NCBI GenBank assembly: GCA_963816355.1 | Contig: CAWFKH010000003.1 | Coordinates: 96,001 to 160,000 of the forward strand | Source: an uncultured Gemmatimonadales bacterium | GTDB lineage: Bacteria; Gemmatimonadota; Gemmatimonadetes; Longimicrobiales; RSA9 | Length of the DNA stretch: 64,000 bases | Direction: 5' to 3' | Part shown: piece after piece, positions 44,459 through 54,600 of the stretch | How the letters are laid out: every line of letters begins with the position of its first letter | Numbering within the stretch: the stretch's first letter is position 1 | Notes under the pieces: model-generated | The model's database searches: none | What the model was told of the DNA's origin: nothing | What the model saw: only the letters and a program-made list of their open reading frames with translations | Translations under genes and position numbers: made by a program

Positions 44459-46200
44459 TGGAGAGGGCCTCCGAGACCGCGGCCCCCCGGACGCGCTCCG
44501 CCGAAGGAGGCACGAGCGCGTTCCCGGGGCTGCTCGCCCGCATCCTCGAGTCGATCGCGGAGGGGATCACCGTCCACGACGCCGCCGGCCGCGTCGTGTA
44601 CGTGAACCCCGCCGGAGCGCGCGCCTGCGGCTACCAGACGCCCGAGGAGATGCTGCGCGCGCCGCCCGGCGACTTCACCCGCCTCTTCGACATCTTCACG
44701 GCGGACGGCGAGCGGCTTCCGGCGGACATGCTCCCCGGCCGGCGCGCGCTGCGCGGGGAGACGGTGGAGGAGATGCTCATCCGGGTGCACCCGCGCGAAG
44801 GCGGCGCGGATCGCTGGGTCTCCGTCCGTGCCACCGGCCTGGCCGGCGAGGACGAGGGTGATCGCCTCGCGATCAACCTGCTCCGCGACGTCACCCACAG
44901 CATCGAGTCGGAGCGCGCCAACGCGCGTCTGGCGGCGGAGAACGCGCGGCTCTTCCGCGCCGAGCACGCGGCGCGCGCGGCGGCGGAGCGGCTGCAGCGG
45001 CTGACGGAATCGCTGACGGAGGCGACGAGCGCGGACGACGTGGCCCGCATCATCCTCGAGCACGGAGTCGCCGCGCTCGGGGCGTGGGGCGGTGTGCTGG
45101 CTTTGCCGACGGAGGACTCGGCGGCGCTGGAGATCCGGGCTTCCATCGGCTATTCGGAAGAGGCGTGCATGGGTCCGGGCCGCCGCTGGCCGATGGACGC
45201 CGCGATGCCCATCGCGGACGCCACGCGCGACGCCGCGCCGGTCTTCGTCGGCTCGCCCGAGGAGTGGAGCCGCCGCTACGCCCTCGGCTACGTCCCGCGC
45301 ACCGGCCGCAGCGCTGCGTGGGCCGCGGTGCCGATCGTGCCGCACGCCGGTGATGTCGGTGCGCTCCTGTGGACCTTCGACGCGCCGCGCTCCTTCGACG
45401 ACGACGCGCGCTCGCTGATGCTGAGCATCGGCCGCGTCTGCTCGCAGGCGCTCGACCGCGTCCGCTTCCGCGAGGCGGAGCACGCCGCGCGCGCCGCCGC
45501 GGAGGAGGCGAACCGCGCGAAGACCGAGTTCCTCAAGGTGATGTCGCACGAGCTGCGCACACCGCTCAACGCGATCGGCGGCTACGCGGACCTCCTCGAA
45601 AATGGTATCTTCGGCCCCATCACCGAGGGGCAGAGGGAAGCCACGCGCCGCATCCGCGTCAGCGGCCACCACCTGCTCTCGCTCATCAACGATGTCCTCA
45701 ACTTCGCCAAGCTCGAGGCGGGTCGCGTCGCCATCGACGTGCGCGACATCGCGCTCCGCGGCGTGCTCGAGCAGCTCGGCTCGCTCGTCGAGCCGCAGCT
45801 GCGCGCCAAACACCTCCGTTTCAGTTGTGAGGAGTGCGACCCCGATCTCCTGGTGAAGGCGGACCGCGAGAAGCTCCGGCAGGTGGGGGTCAACCTCCTT
45901 TCGAACGCCGTCAAGTTCACGCCGCCCGGCGGCGCGGTCCTGATCGAGTGTCACGTCGAGCCGGACATCGTGCAGCTCCGCTTCCGTGACACCGGCGTCG
46001 GCATCCCGCCCGACCAGCTCGAGCAGATCTTCGAGCCGTTCGTACAGCTCGGGCGCGGCCTCGAAAGCGGACACGAGGGGACGGGTCTCGGGCTCGCCAT
46101 CTCGCGCGATCTCGCCCGCTCCATGGGCGGCGACCTCGCCGCCCACAGTGATGTGGGCGAGGGCAGCGTGTTCACGCTCACGCTGCGACGCGGCGGGTAG
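44458..46200 (+). CDS. Cytoplasmic PAS/GAF sensor histidine kinase
   Basis: PAS and GAF segments, MSHELRTPLN H-box, NLLSNAVKFT, DTGVG, GTGLGL. Confidence 0.94.
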   Translation: MERASETAAPRTRSAEGGTSAFPGLLARILESIAEGITVHDAAGRVVYVNPAGARACGYQTPEEMLRAPPGDFTRLFDIFTADGERLPADMLPGRRALRGETVEEMLIRVHPREGGADRWVSVRATGLAGEDEGDRLAINLLRDVTHSIESERANARLAAENARLFRAEHAARAAAERLQRLTESLTEATSADDVARIILEHGVAALGAWGGVLALPTEDSAALEIRASIGYSEEACMGPGRRWPMDAAMPIADATRDAAPVFVGSPEEWSRRYALGYVPRTGRSAAWAAVPIVPHAGDVGALLWTFDAPRSFDDDARSLMLSIGRVCSQALDRVRFREAEHAARAAAEEANRAKTEFLKVMSHELRTPLNAIGGYADLLENGIFGPITEGQREATRRIRVSGHHLLSLINDVLNFAKLEAGRVAIDVRDIALRGVLEQLGSLVEPQLRAKHLRFSCEECDPDLLVKADREKLRQVGVNLLSNAVKFTPPGGAVLIECHVEPDIVQLRFRDTGVGIPPDQLEQIFEPFVQLGRGLESGHEGTGLGLAISRDLARSMGGDLAAHSDVGEGSVFTLTLRRGG

Positions 46201-46204
46201 CGGC

Positions 46205-47110
46205 GTGGAGGAGATCCGCATCCCCAACTCCGCCACCTACGCGCCGGTCTCGCTTCTCGAGCTCGGGCTCACGGCGCCGCTCCTCTCTCGCTTCCTCCTC
46301 GGAGCCACGCTCCCCGGGCGCCTGCTCCAGACCGCCTCCCTCGCGCTCTACGCGGGCAGCGCGGCCCAGGACTGGGTCGAGCGGCTCGGCGTGCGGCGGC
46401 TCGACTTCACCCGCGTCTTCGGCGTCGACATCCGCCGGCTCCCTCGCGTCTCGCGCGCCGCGCGTGAGCAGGACATCGCCCGCCTCGTCGCCCGCCTCGA
46501 CGAGGCCTACACGCCCGGCAGCATGACGCGGGAAGCGCTCGCCCGCAGCGTCGACGACCGCCTCACCGAGCTCATTGCTCGCCACACCGGCCAGCGCGTC
46601 CTCACCAGCACCGAGGTGCGCTCCTTCTCCCTGACCGGTCTCGTCTTCCCCTTCGCGCTGGGCGCCACCGACATCCTGTCCGGCGACGTCGCGATCCTGC
46701 GCGACCTGGGGCCGTTCGAGCCGCACGTCGTCGCCCACGAGCTGGCGCACCGGAAGGGATACTGGAAGGAGCTGCACGCGCAGCTCCTCGCCTACTACGC
46801 GCTGATCGACTCCGACGAGCCGATCCTCGTCCAGTCCGCCCTCTGCGAGCGCCTGCTCCGGCAGCTCTCGGCACTCTCCGTTCGCGAGCCGCACCGCCTG
46901 CACCGGCGCATCGAGGACCTCGGTCTCCGGCCCGAGCTGCAGCGCTGGTTCCTCGCGCTCCGGCCCGAGCCCGGCCTCCTCGAGGAGGCGATCGCCGCGC
47001 CGCTCAAGGCGGTCTACGACGCCCGCATGCGCCTCACCGGCCAGAACGGCCTCTCCGACTACGACGAAGGCTTCACCGCCGCCCTCATGGCGCGCGAGGG
47101 AGTTGCCTGA
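46205..47110 (+). CDS. DUF3810-like putative zinc-dependent protein
   Basis: VAHELAH..GY..E (HExxH) motif; GTG start uncertain. Confidence 0.65.
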   Translation: MEEIRIPNSATYAPVSLLELGLTAPLLSRFLLGATLPGRLLQTASLALYAGSAAQDWVERLGVRRLDFTRVFGVDIRRLPRVSRAAREQDIARLVARLDEAYTPGSMTREALARSVDDRLTELIARHTGQRVLTSTEVRSFSLTGLVFPFALGATDILSGDVAILRDLGPFEPHVVAHELAHRKGYWKELHAQLLAYYALIDSDEPILVQSALCERLLRQLSALSVREPHRLHRRIEDLGLRPELQRWFLALRPEPGLLEEAIAAPLKAVYDARMRLTGQNGLSDYDEGFTAALMAREGVA

Positions 47111-47130
47111 CCCTTCTCGGGAGATGCACC

Positions 47131-47694
47131 ATGCGAGATCGTCCAGCGCAGCATCGTCCTGCGCCGACCCGTGTTGCACTCGCGGTTCTCCTCGCGGCCA
47201 CCGTGGTCGCCGCGTGCGGCCGCCCAGCGGGAGGCGGCGCGACCGCGGCGGACACGATCGCCGGCGACACCGCTGCGGCCGCGGCCGCGCCCGCCGTCGA
47301 CACCGCCGCGATCGCCTCCCACATCCACGACCTCGACCAGCGCTGGTCGCAAGCGGCCGCGAGACACGACGTCGACGCGTTCACCTCCTTCTACGCCCGC
47401 GACGGGCTCGCGATGCCGCCGGGCGCGGGCACCGCGACGGGACCGGAGGCGATCGCCAACGCGCTCCGCGGCCTGCTCGCCGATACCACGATCGCGCTCC
47501 GCTTCGAGCCGAGGACGCTCCACGTGGGCGCCGCCGGCGACATGGCGTGGGAGCACGGCACGTGGGAGGTCCGGAAGGTCGGCGCCGACGTGCTGGATCA
47601 CGGCAAGTTCGTCGTAGTGTGGAAGAACGTCGACGGCGAATGGAAGGTCGCGGCGGACATCTACAACAGCGATCAGCCGGCGAACGGGCGCTGA
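47131..47694 (+). CDS. NTF2/SnoaL-like (DUF4440) lipoprotein
   Basis: Lipobox VAAC; GDMAWEHG..GKFVVVWK..DGEWK..DIYN. Confidence 0.87.
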   Translation: MRDRPAQHRPAPTRVALAVLLAATVVAACGRPAGGGATAADTIAGDTAAAAAAPAVDTAAIASHIHDLDQRWSQAAARHDVDAFTSFYARDGLAMPPGAGTATGPEAIANALRGLLADTTIALRFEPRTLHVGAAGDMAWEHGTWEVRKVGADVLDHGKFVVVWKNVDGEWKVAADIYNSDQPANGR

Positions 47695-47739
47695 GCGGAC
47701 CGCCTGCCATCTCTGATCCCGAGTGAGGAGAGAAGTCCG

Positions 47740-48315
47740 ATGCGCCATGCCGAAGCCCGCTCGCCGCACCGCGCCGTCGGCGCCCTTCTCGTCGTCGGCG
47801 CCGCGCTGCTTTCTTCCGCCTGCTCCCTGCGCGCCCAGGACGCGGCGAGCGGCCCACCGAAGAGCCAGCACGGAAGCGTGTCCCAGACGGTGGCCGGGAC
47901 GCGCATCGCGATCGAGTACGATCGGCCGAGCGCGCGCGGGCGCCGGCTGTTCGGCGACGACGGCGTCGTCGTCTATGGCGCGTTGTGGACGCCAGGCGCG
48001 AACCGCGCGACGACGATCGAGTTCTCCGCGGACGTGCGCGTGGCGGGGCAGCCCGTGGCTGCGGGGCGCTACAGCGTGTGGACGATCCCGGGGCCCGCGC
48101 AGTGGACGCTCATCCTGAACCGCCGCTGGAACACGTTCCACACGCGCTATCCCGGCAAGGAGCTGGACGCGCTGCGGGTGCGGCTCACGCCGGAGCGTGG
48201 CGCGCCCATGGAGACGCTCGCCTACTATTTTCCGGTCGTGCACGATTACGACGCCGTGCTGCGCATGCAGTGGGGCGAGCTGGTCCTGCCGATCCCGATC
48301 GAAGTCGCGCGCTGA
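47740..48315 (+). CDS. DUF2911 family protein (second paralog)
   Basis: SQHGSVSQTV..YDRPSARGR.LFG..WTPGAN.AT..GRYSVWTIP. Confidence 0.88.
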   Translation: MRHAEARSPHRAVGALLVVGAALLSSACSLRAQDAASGPPKSQHGSVSQTVAGTRIAIEYDRPSARGRRLFGDDGVVVYGALWTPGANRATTIEFSADVRVAGQPVAAGRYSVWTIPGPAQWTLILNRRWNTFHTRYPGKELDALRVRLTPERGAPMETLAYYFPVVHDYDAVLRMQWGELVLPIPIEVAR

Positions 48316-48364
48316 GCGCCGCAGCGCGGCCTCGTTGTCGCGGCCCGCGACCGCGAGCTCGCCG

Positions 48365-50812
48365 TCAGCGGCTGCTGATGCGCACCCCGCGGCCCTCGTC
48401 CGCGCCCGGCTCCCCGCCGTCCACCGTGCCGGGAAGGATGCGCGCGCCGAGTGTGCGCCCGAGCGCGGTCACCGGCGTGAGGTCGTAGCGGTCCTCCTCC
48501 GCGCGGTCGTCGCCGCGGCCGAAGATGTCGTGGAAGACGCGTGAGAACCAGCCGCCCGCCGATCGCGGACGGGGACACACCGCGTCCGGCACGCTGCCGC
48601 GCACGAACGGCACGCGCAGCGGCACGTCGCCGTACTCCGTGCCGCAGCCCTGCTCGACCGTCGCACCGCTCGCGGGGTCGACGTCGCGATAGACGACGCC
48701 GTCCGGGACGCGCCAGTCGTCATAGGCGGAGCCGGCATCGGTGATGCGGCGGACGAGGCGGCCCCACACCGGCGCCGCGAGTACGCCACCGCTGGCGTGC
48801 GCCAGGATCGGTCGCGGCTGGTCGAATCCGATCCACACCCCCGCCACCACGTCCGGCGTGTAGCCGACGAACCACGCATCCTTGGCGTCGCTCGTCGTCC
48901 CGGTCTTGCCTGCGGCCGTGCCCCAGAAGCCGGCCGACCGCACCGCCCGTCCCGTGCCGCGGTCCACCACCTGCCGCAGTATGTCCGTCAGCACGTACGC
49001 CACCGCCGGATCCAGCGCCTCCTCCCGGCGGATCGGCGGCCGCCACAGCTCCTCGCCCGTGGAATCCTCCACGCTCACCACGAAGCGCGGCGCCACCCGC
49101 TCTCCGAGGTTGGCGAACGCCGTGTATGCCGCGGTCAGCTCGAGCGGCGAGAGCGACACCGTGCCGAGCGCCATCGACGGCTGCCGCGGAATGTCCGCCG
49201 TCACGCCCGCGTCCCGCGCGATCTGCGCGATCGGGTCCACGCCCACCGCCTGCGCCAGCCGCACCGTCGGCACGTTGCGCGAGTGCACGAGCGCGTGGCG
49301 GAGGTCGACCAACCCCTCGTAATCGCCCTCGTAGTTCGTCGGTCGCCAGACGCGATGCGCCGAGAGCCTCACCGCGATCGGTTCGTCCATCACGGGCTGC
49401 GTCGGCGCGAAGCCCGCCCGCAGCGCCGCGGCGTAGACGAACGGCTTGAACGCGCTGCCCACCTGCCGCCGCCCCGCGACCGCGCGGTCGAAGCGCGACT
49501 GCCGGTGATCGCGTCCGCCGACGAGCGCGAGCACGTCCCCGGTGCGCGCCTGCAGCACGACTACCGCTCCCTGCAGATAGCGCGTGCCGGACGCGTCCAG
49601 CCCCCCCGCCGCGCCGTACTTCGGAGCCCGCAGCCGGCCGTAGCGGCCCCGCTCGACCGCCCGGAGCTGATCGGCCAGCTCCGACTCCGCCGCCCGCTGC
49701 GCCTTCGCGTCCAGCGTCGTCCGCACCCGCAGCCCCGTGCCGTACAGCTTCTCGCCGAAGCGCCGCTCGAGAACGCCCCGCACCTCGTCGACGTAGTAGG
49801 CCGCGAACGGGCCGGCCGACGACGCGTGCGCGTCCGCCACCGCCAGCTCCGCCTGCGCCGCCGACCGCGCCCGCTCCGCCGTGATCCAACCCTGCCGCGC
49901 CATCAGACCGAGCACGAGGTCGCGCCGCCGCCGCACCGCATCCGGCCGCTCCCGTGGATCGTAATAGCCCGGCCGCCGCACCACCCCCGCGAGCACCGCC
50001 GCCTGCGACAGCGTCAGCCGCGACGCCGGCCGGTCGAAATAGTCGCGTGACGCCGCATCAATGCCGTAGGCGCCGTCGCCGAAGTAGATGTGGTTCAGGT
50101 AAAGCTCCAGGATCTCACGCTTGCTGAACCGCCGCTCGATCCCCAGCGCCACGCGCGCCTCGAACAGCTTGCGCCGCAGCGTCCGCTGCCTCGCCGCCAG
50201 CCGCTGCGGAAACAGGTTGCGCGCGAGCTGCATGGTGATCGTGCTCGCGCCCTCCTCGTAGCCTCCGGAGCGTACGTCCCGCAGCGCCGCCCCCAGCACC
50301 CGCACCGCGTCCACGCCGCCGTGACGGAAGAAGCGGTGATCCTCCACCGCCACGAACGCCGGCGCCACGTACGCGGGCAGCGAGTCGATCGGCACCACCC
50401 GGTGGTCCACCGGCATGAGCCGCGCGAAAGCGCGACCGTCCCGATCCAGGAGCACCGGCGCGCTCTCCGGCTGGTACGCCACCAGCTCCGCCGGGTCCGG
50501 GCAACCCCGCAGACCGCACGTCCCCCACGACACCCCCGCCAGCAGCCAGGCCGCCGCCGCCGCCCACCACACCGCCCGCACCGACCACCGCGGCAGACGC
50601 CGGCCCGCCGACAACACGCCCCGCTGCAACGACCCCAGTGACCCCAGCGACCACCGCGGCAGACCCCGGCCCACCGACGACGCCCTCCGCTGCAGCCACC
50701 CCAGCGCCGCCAACGCCGCTTCCGCGCACCCGCGCGCTGCCCGCCCGATGCGAGCGCGTAGCCCCGATCGCTCCTCCCCTCCGCCCCCGCCGCGGTACTG
50801 CTCCGCTCCCAT
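48365..50812 (-). CDS. Penicillin-binding protein 1A family (transglycosylase/transpeptidase)
   Basis: EDHRF, GASTITMQLARN, RK..E, YLN.IYFG, GSAFKP, SRN, GKTGTT. Confidence 0.95.
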   Translation of the reverse strand: MGAEQYRGGGGGEERSGLRARIGRAARGCAEAALAALGWLQRRASSVGRGLPRWSLGSLGSLQRGVLSAGRRLPRWSVRAVWWAAAAAWLLAGVSWGTCGLRGCPDPAELVAYQPESAPVLLDRDGRAFARLMPVDHRVVPIDSLPAYVAPAFVAVEDHRFFRHGGVDAVRVLGAALRDVRSGGYEEGASTITMQLARNLFPQRLAARQRTLRRKLFEARVALGIERRFSKREILELYLNHIYFGDGAYGIDAASRDYFDRPASRLTLSQAAVLAGVVRRPGYYDPRERPDAVRRRRDLVLGLMARQGWITAERARSAAQAELAVADAHASSAGPFAAYYVDEVRGVLERRFGEKLYGTGLRVRTTLDAKAQRAAESELADQLRAVERGRYGRLRAPKYGAAGGLDASGTRYLQGAVVVLQARTGDVLALVGGRDHRQSRFDRAVAGRRQVGSAFKPFVYAAALRAGFAPTQPVMDEPIAVRLSAHRVWRPTNYEGDYEGLVDLRHALVHSRNVPTVRLAQAVGVDPIAQIARDAGVTADIPRQPSMALGTVSLSPLELTAAYTAFANLGERVAPRFVVSVEDSTGEELWRPPIRREEALDPAVAYVLTDILRQVVDRGTGRAVRSAGFWGTAAGKTGTTSDAKDAWFVGYTPDVVAGVWIGFDQPRPILAHASGGVLAAPVWGRLVRRITDAGSAYDDWRVPDGVVYRDVDPASGATVEQGCGTEYGDVPLRVPFVRGSVPDAVCPRPRSAGGWFSRVFHDIFGRGDDRAEEDRYDLTPVTALGRTLGARILPGTVDGGEPGADEGRGVRISSR
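50582..50704 (-). repeat. Imperfect ~57-bp duplication (66-bp period) in the PBP1A N-terminal tail
   Basis: Encodes LGWLQRRASSVGRGLPRWS and LGSLQRGVLSAGRRLPRWS. Confidence 0.75.
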
Positions 50813-50998
50813 GTTCGCCCCTGTCCCTCGAGATGCTCTCGCTCCCCGCATCGCTCGTGCCGCCCGCCACCTCTTAGTACGGTCCGCGCGCCGCGAAGGT
50901 TGCCCGCGCCCGCTCCTTGCCGGCGCGTGCGTCGCCCGGTTTTCCACCGTTGCGGCGTTCGCGCCGTGGAAAGAGGTGGGTGTTGCGTGGAAACCCTG

Positions 50999-51024
50999 TT
51001 CACAACAGCCGCCTCTGTTGTGAA
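50999..51024. promoter_or_regulatory. Perfect 10-bp inverted repeat, candidate operator
   Basis: TTCACAACAG-ccgcct-CTGTTGTGAA in the AT-richer divergent intergenic region. Confidence 0.5.
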
Positions 51025-51160
51025 TTCCAACTGTTACAAAACCCGAACCGCAGGCGTTGCAGGCAGATGCGCCAGAGGCGCGATGCGTCTTTTCGGGAAT
51101 CTTCGAGGCGTGCCACGTAGGTTGTGCTCTCGCAATCGTTTACGCGGCTGAGTCGGACGC

Positions 51161-51189
51161 TTGACGTGGGTGTGCCGCGGGTTTATCAT
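51161..51189 (+). promoter_or_regulatory. Sigma70-type promoter
   Basis: TTGACG-N17-TATCAT, near consensus; predicted start about 51196. Confidence 0.8.
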
Positions 51190-51195
51190 TGTTCC

Positions 51196-51482
51196 AGACG
51201 TCAGCGGCCGGGCGGCCAACACGGCTGAGGGCGTCGCCTCCCGAAGGGACGCTTTTCGGAGGCAGCTCGATGGAAGTTCGGACCCGTCGAGCCGACTGCG
51301 AGGTCACTGGCCGCAGTCGAAGCCCCTGGCCAGGGGCACCCGAGTCGCGAGGCCGCGTGGCGAGGGAAAGAGAGTGGGATCCGGCTGAGCCTTCGGGCAC
51401 GGCACCGAACCTAGCGGAACTCGGCTCTCGCCAGTAGCTCGAACCCCCGACATTGGATTCGTCCAATGCTCGGGGGTTCTTG
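51196..51482 (+). ncRNA. Structured ~285-nt non-coding RNA candidate (possibly Ms1-like)
   Basis: Lies between a strong promoter and an intrinsic terminator; consecutive stems including a cUUCGg tetraloop; no credible CDS. Confidence 0.75.
51441..51482 (+). terminator. Intrinsic terminator
   Basis: GAACCCCCGA-CATTGGA-TTCG-TCCAATG-C-TCGGGGGTTC followed by TTG; 17-bp stem, short U tract. Confidence 0.75.
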
Positions 51483-51614
51483 CATCGGTATGCGCCGCCG
51501 CCGCCGCCGCAATGCGTGTGCTCGTGTTGCGATCCCCGTAGCAAGCGCGCATCCTACCGGGAGACCGGATCGCCACCAGCCGGATCGTCCTCTCCTTCGA
51601 CCCCGAAACCGACG

Positions 51615-54600
51615 ATGAGCGTTCTCCCTCCGAGGCCCTCGGGCCAGCCGGCGCGTCCATCCGTTCGCCTGGCCGTGGCGGTGGCCGCTGTCGCCGCCAT
51701 GCTCCCGTTCCAGCCGGCGCGCGCGGCGGCGCCCCCCTACCTGCGGCAGCCGTCGCTGCACGGGGAAACGCTGGTGTTCGCGGCGGAGGGCGACCTGTGG
51801 CGGGTGGACCTGGCAGGCGGTCTCGCGCGTCGGCTGACGACGGGCGAGGGAGAGGAGAGCGAGCCGGCGATCGATCCGACGGGGGCGCGGGTGGCGTTCA
51901 CGGGCACGTACGAGGGAGTATCGGACGTGTACGTGATGCCGCTGGAGGGCGGCGTGCCGCAGCGGCTGACGTGGGAGGGTGGCGGCGGGCGCGCGGCGCC
52001 GCGCGCGGTCGGGTGGACGCGCGACGGGCGGGTGCTGGTGGCGAGCCCGGGGCACTCGACGCTGCCCGGCGTGCGTCTCGAGTCGATCGATCCCGGGACG
52101 GGCGACGTCGCGGCGATCCCGTTGGCAGAGGCGGCGTTCGGGACGTACACGGACGCGGGCGACCTCGTCTTCACGCGCTACCCGTTCCAGGGCTCGCACG
52201 CGAGGCGGTATCGGGGTGGGACGGCCGAGACGCTCTGGTCGTTCGCGAAGGGGGCGTCACGCGCCGCGCCGCTCACCGCCGACTACCCGGGCACGAGCAA
52301 GGATCCGATGGTGTGGGGGGGTCGTCTCTTCTTCCTCTCCGACCGTGACGGCACGATGAACGTGTGGTCCGGCGCGGTGCCGGCGGCAGCGGCCGCGTCG
52401 CGCGGCGGCGGCGCAGCGGCGGAGGCGGGTCTCGCGGAGTTGACGCAGGTCACGCACGAGACGGCCTGGGACGTGCGCGAGGCGACGATCTCGGACGGCG
52501 TCCTGGTCTACCGCGTGGGGGCGGAGCTGCGCCGGCTGGACCTTGCCGGGGGCGATTCCGCGGGCGTCGGCCGCGTGATCCCGATCGTGCTCCCCTCGGA
52601 TTTCGCTCAGGAGCAGGAGCGGTGGGTGACGGAGCCGATGAAGTGGGTCACGGCCGTGGCGCTGTCGCCGAGCGGGGACCGGGTGGCGCTGACGGCGCGC
52701 GGCGAGGTCTTCGTGGCGCCCACCGGCCGGGAGGGAGGACGCCTGGTTCGCGTGACGCGCGGGAAGGACGTGAGGTATCGCGAGGCGACGTGGTCGCCGG
52801 ACGGCCGTTCGCTGATCGCGCTCTCGGACGAGTCGGGCGAGGTGGAGGTGTGGCGGTTGCCCGCGAACGGCGTGGGCCCGCGTACGCAGCTCACGCGTGG
52901 CGGCACGATCCTGCGCTGGCGCGCGCTCCCCTCTCCGGACGGCGCTCGCGTCGCGCACACGGACAAGGACGGCCGCCTGTGGGTGACGGAGACGACGTCC
53001 GCGCGCACGACGCCCGTCGTGACGGACACGTTGTCGGGCGACGCGCCCGGCGACCTGGCGTGGTCGCCGGACGGCCGCTGGCTGGCGTTCGTGCAATCGA
53101 CGGCGAACGGACTGCAGCAGATCCGGCTCTGGGATTCGCGCTCCGGCTCCATTACGGCGGTCACGACCGACCGGCTCGCCAGCTACTCGCCGGCGTGGAG
53201 CCCGGATGGCAAGTGGCTCTGGTTCCTGAGCGACCGTCGCTTCGAGTCGATCGTGGGCGCGCCGTGGGGGGCGTACTGGCCGGAACCGTACTTCGACCGG
53301 CCGACGAAGGTGTACGCGCTGGCGCTCGATTCTGCGGCGCCGTTCCCGCTGGGGGACCGGACGGAGCTGGACGCGCCGGCACGTGGCGGTGAGGACCAGG
53401 CGGAGGGAGCGGGGCGTGAGGGGCGGGGCGCGCGGATGGCGGCCGGCACCGCGGCGCGGGACGAGGGCGCGGGCGGGCGGGCGGGCGTCGTCGTCGGTGA
53501 CATCGTGCCGCGGGTGGCGCTCGACGCCCCCGGCCGGAGACTGTTCGAGGTGCCGCTCGAGGCGGGCAACTATTCGGCGCTGTCGACGGACGGGAAGCGG
53601 CTCTACCTCCTCGACCGCGACGCCGGCCGGAGGGAGCGGCGACTGCTGGCGGTCGAGCTGAAGAAGGGGCCGCTGGCGGCGAAGACGCTCGCGAGCGACG
53701 TCGCCTTCTACGACCTCTCCGCGGATGGCGGGAAGCTGCTCGTGCGCAAGGGTGACGCGCTCTACGTGTTCGACGCGGGGACGCGCGCGCCGGAGAAGCT
53801 GGCGGAGGCCGCGGTCGATCTGAAGGGGTGGAAGTTCGCGTTCGATCCGCGCGAGGAGTGGCGCCAGATGTTCGCGGATGCGTGGCGTCTCCATCGCGAC
53901 TATTTCTGGGATCCGGGAATGCGCGGCGTCGACTGGAAGTCGATCCGCGAGAAGTACGCGCCGCTCGTGGAGCGCGTCACGGAGCGCGACGAGCTGGCGG
54001 ACCTGCTCGGCATGATGATCAGCGAGCTGTCGACGCTGCACGCCTTCATCCGCGCGGGGGACACGCGGCAGGGCGACGTCGAGGTTGCGCCGGCATCGCT
54101 CGGGGCGGAGCTGGCGCGCGACTCCGCCGCCGGCGGCTGGCGCGTCGTGCACGTCTACCGCGCGGACCCGGACCTGCCGGATGCCGTCGCGCCGCTGGAT
54201 CGCCCGGACGTCCGCGTGGGAGCCGGCGACGTCGTCCTCGCGGTCGACGGACGGGCGACGCTGTCGGCGCCCGATCCTGGTGCGCTGCTCCGGGGCAAAG
54301 CGGGCGAGCAGGTGTTGCTGCGGGTGCGCGCGGCGGACGGCGGCGCGCCGCGCGACGTCGTGGTGGAGCCGATCACGCCCGCGCGCGCCGCGGACCTGCG
54401 CTACGCGGAGTGGGAGTACACGCGACGCCTGCTGGTGGACTCGCTCTCCGGCGGACGCATCGGCTACGTCCACCTGCGCGCGATGAGCACGGGAGACGCG
54501 GCGCAGTTCGCGAGGGATTTCCAGGCGGCGCTCGGCAAGGACGCTCTCGTGTTCGACGACCGCCACAACCGCGGCGGCAACATCGACTCGTGGGTGCTCG

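Noticed and set aside
50935..51160. Chromosomal origin (oriC)
   Set aside because: Boxes are degenerate, there is no long AT-rich unwinding element, no dnaA/dnaN/gidA/parAB nearby, and similar skew flips recur elsewhere in the window.
51196..51482. tmRNA, RNase P, SRP RNA or tRNA identity for the ncRNA; short ORFs 51161-51388 and 51189-51437
   Set aside because: No GGGG..CCA tRNA-like ends, no GAGGAAAGUCC and no SRP helix-8 motif; the ORFs lack an RBS, overlap the promoter and have no recognisable protein features.
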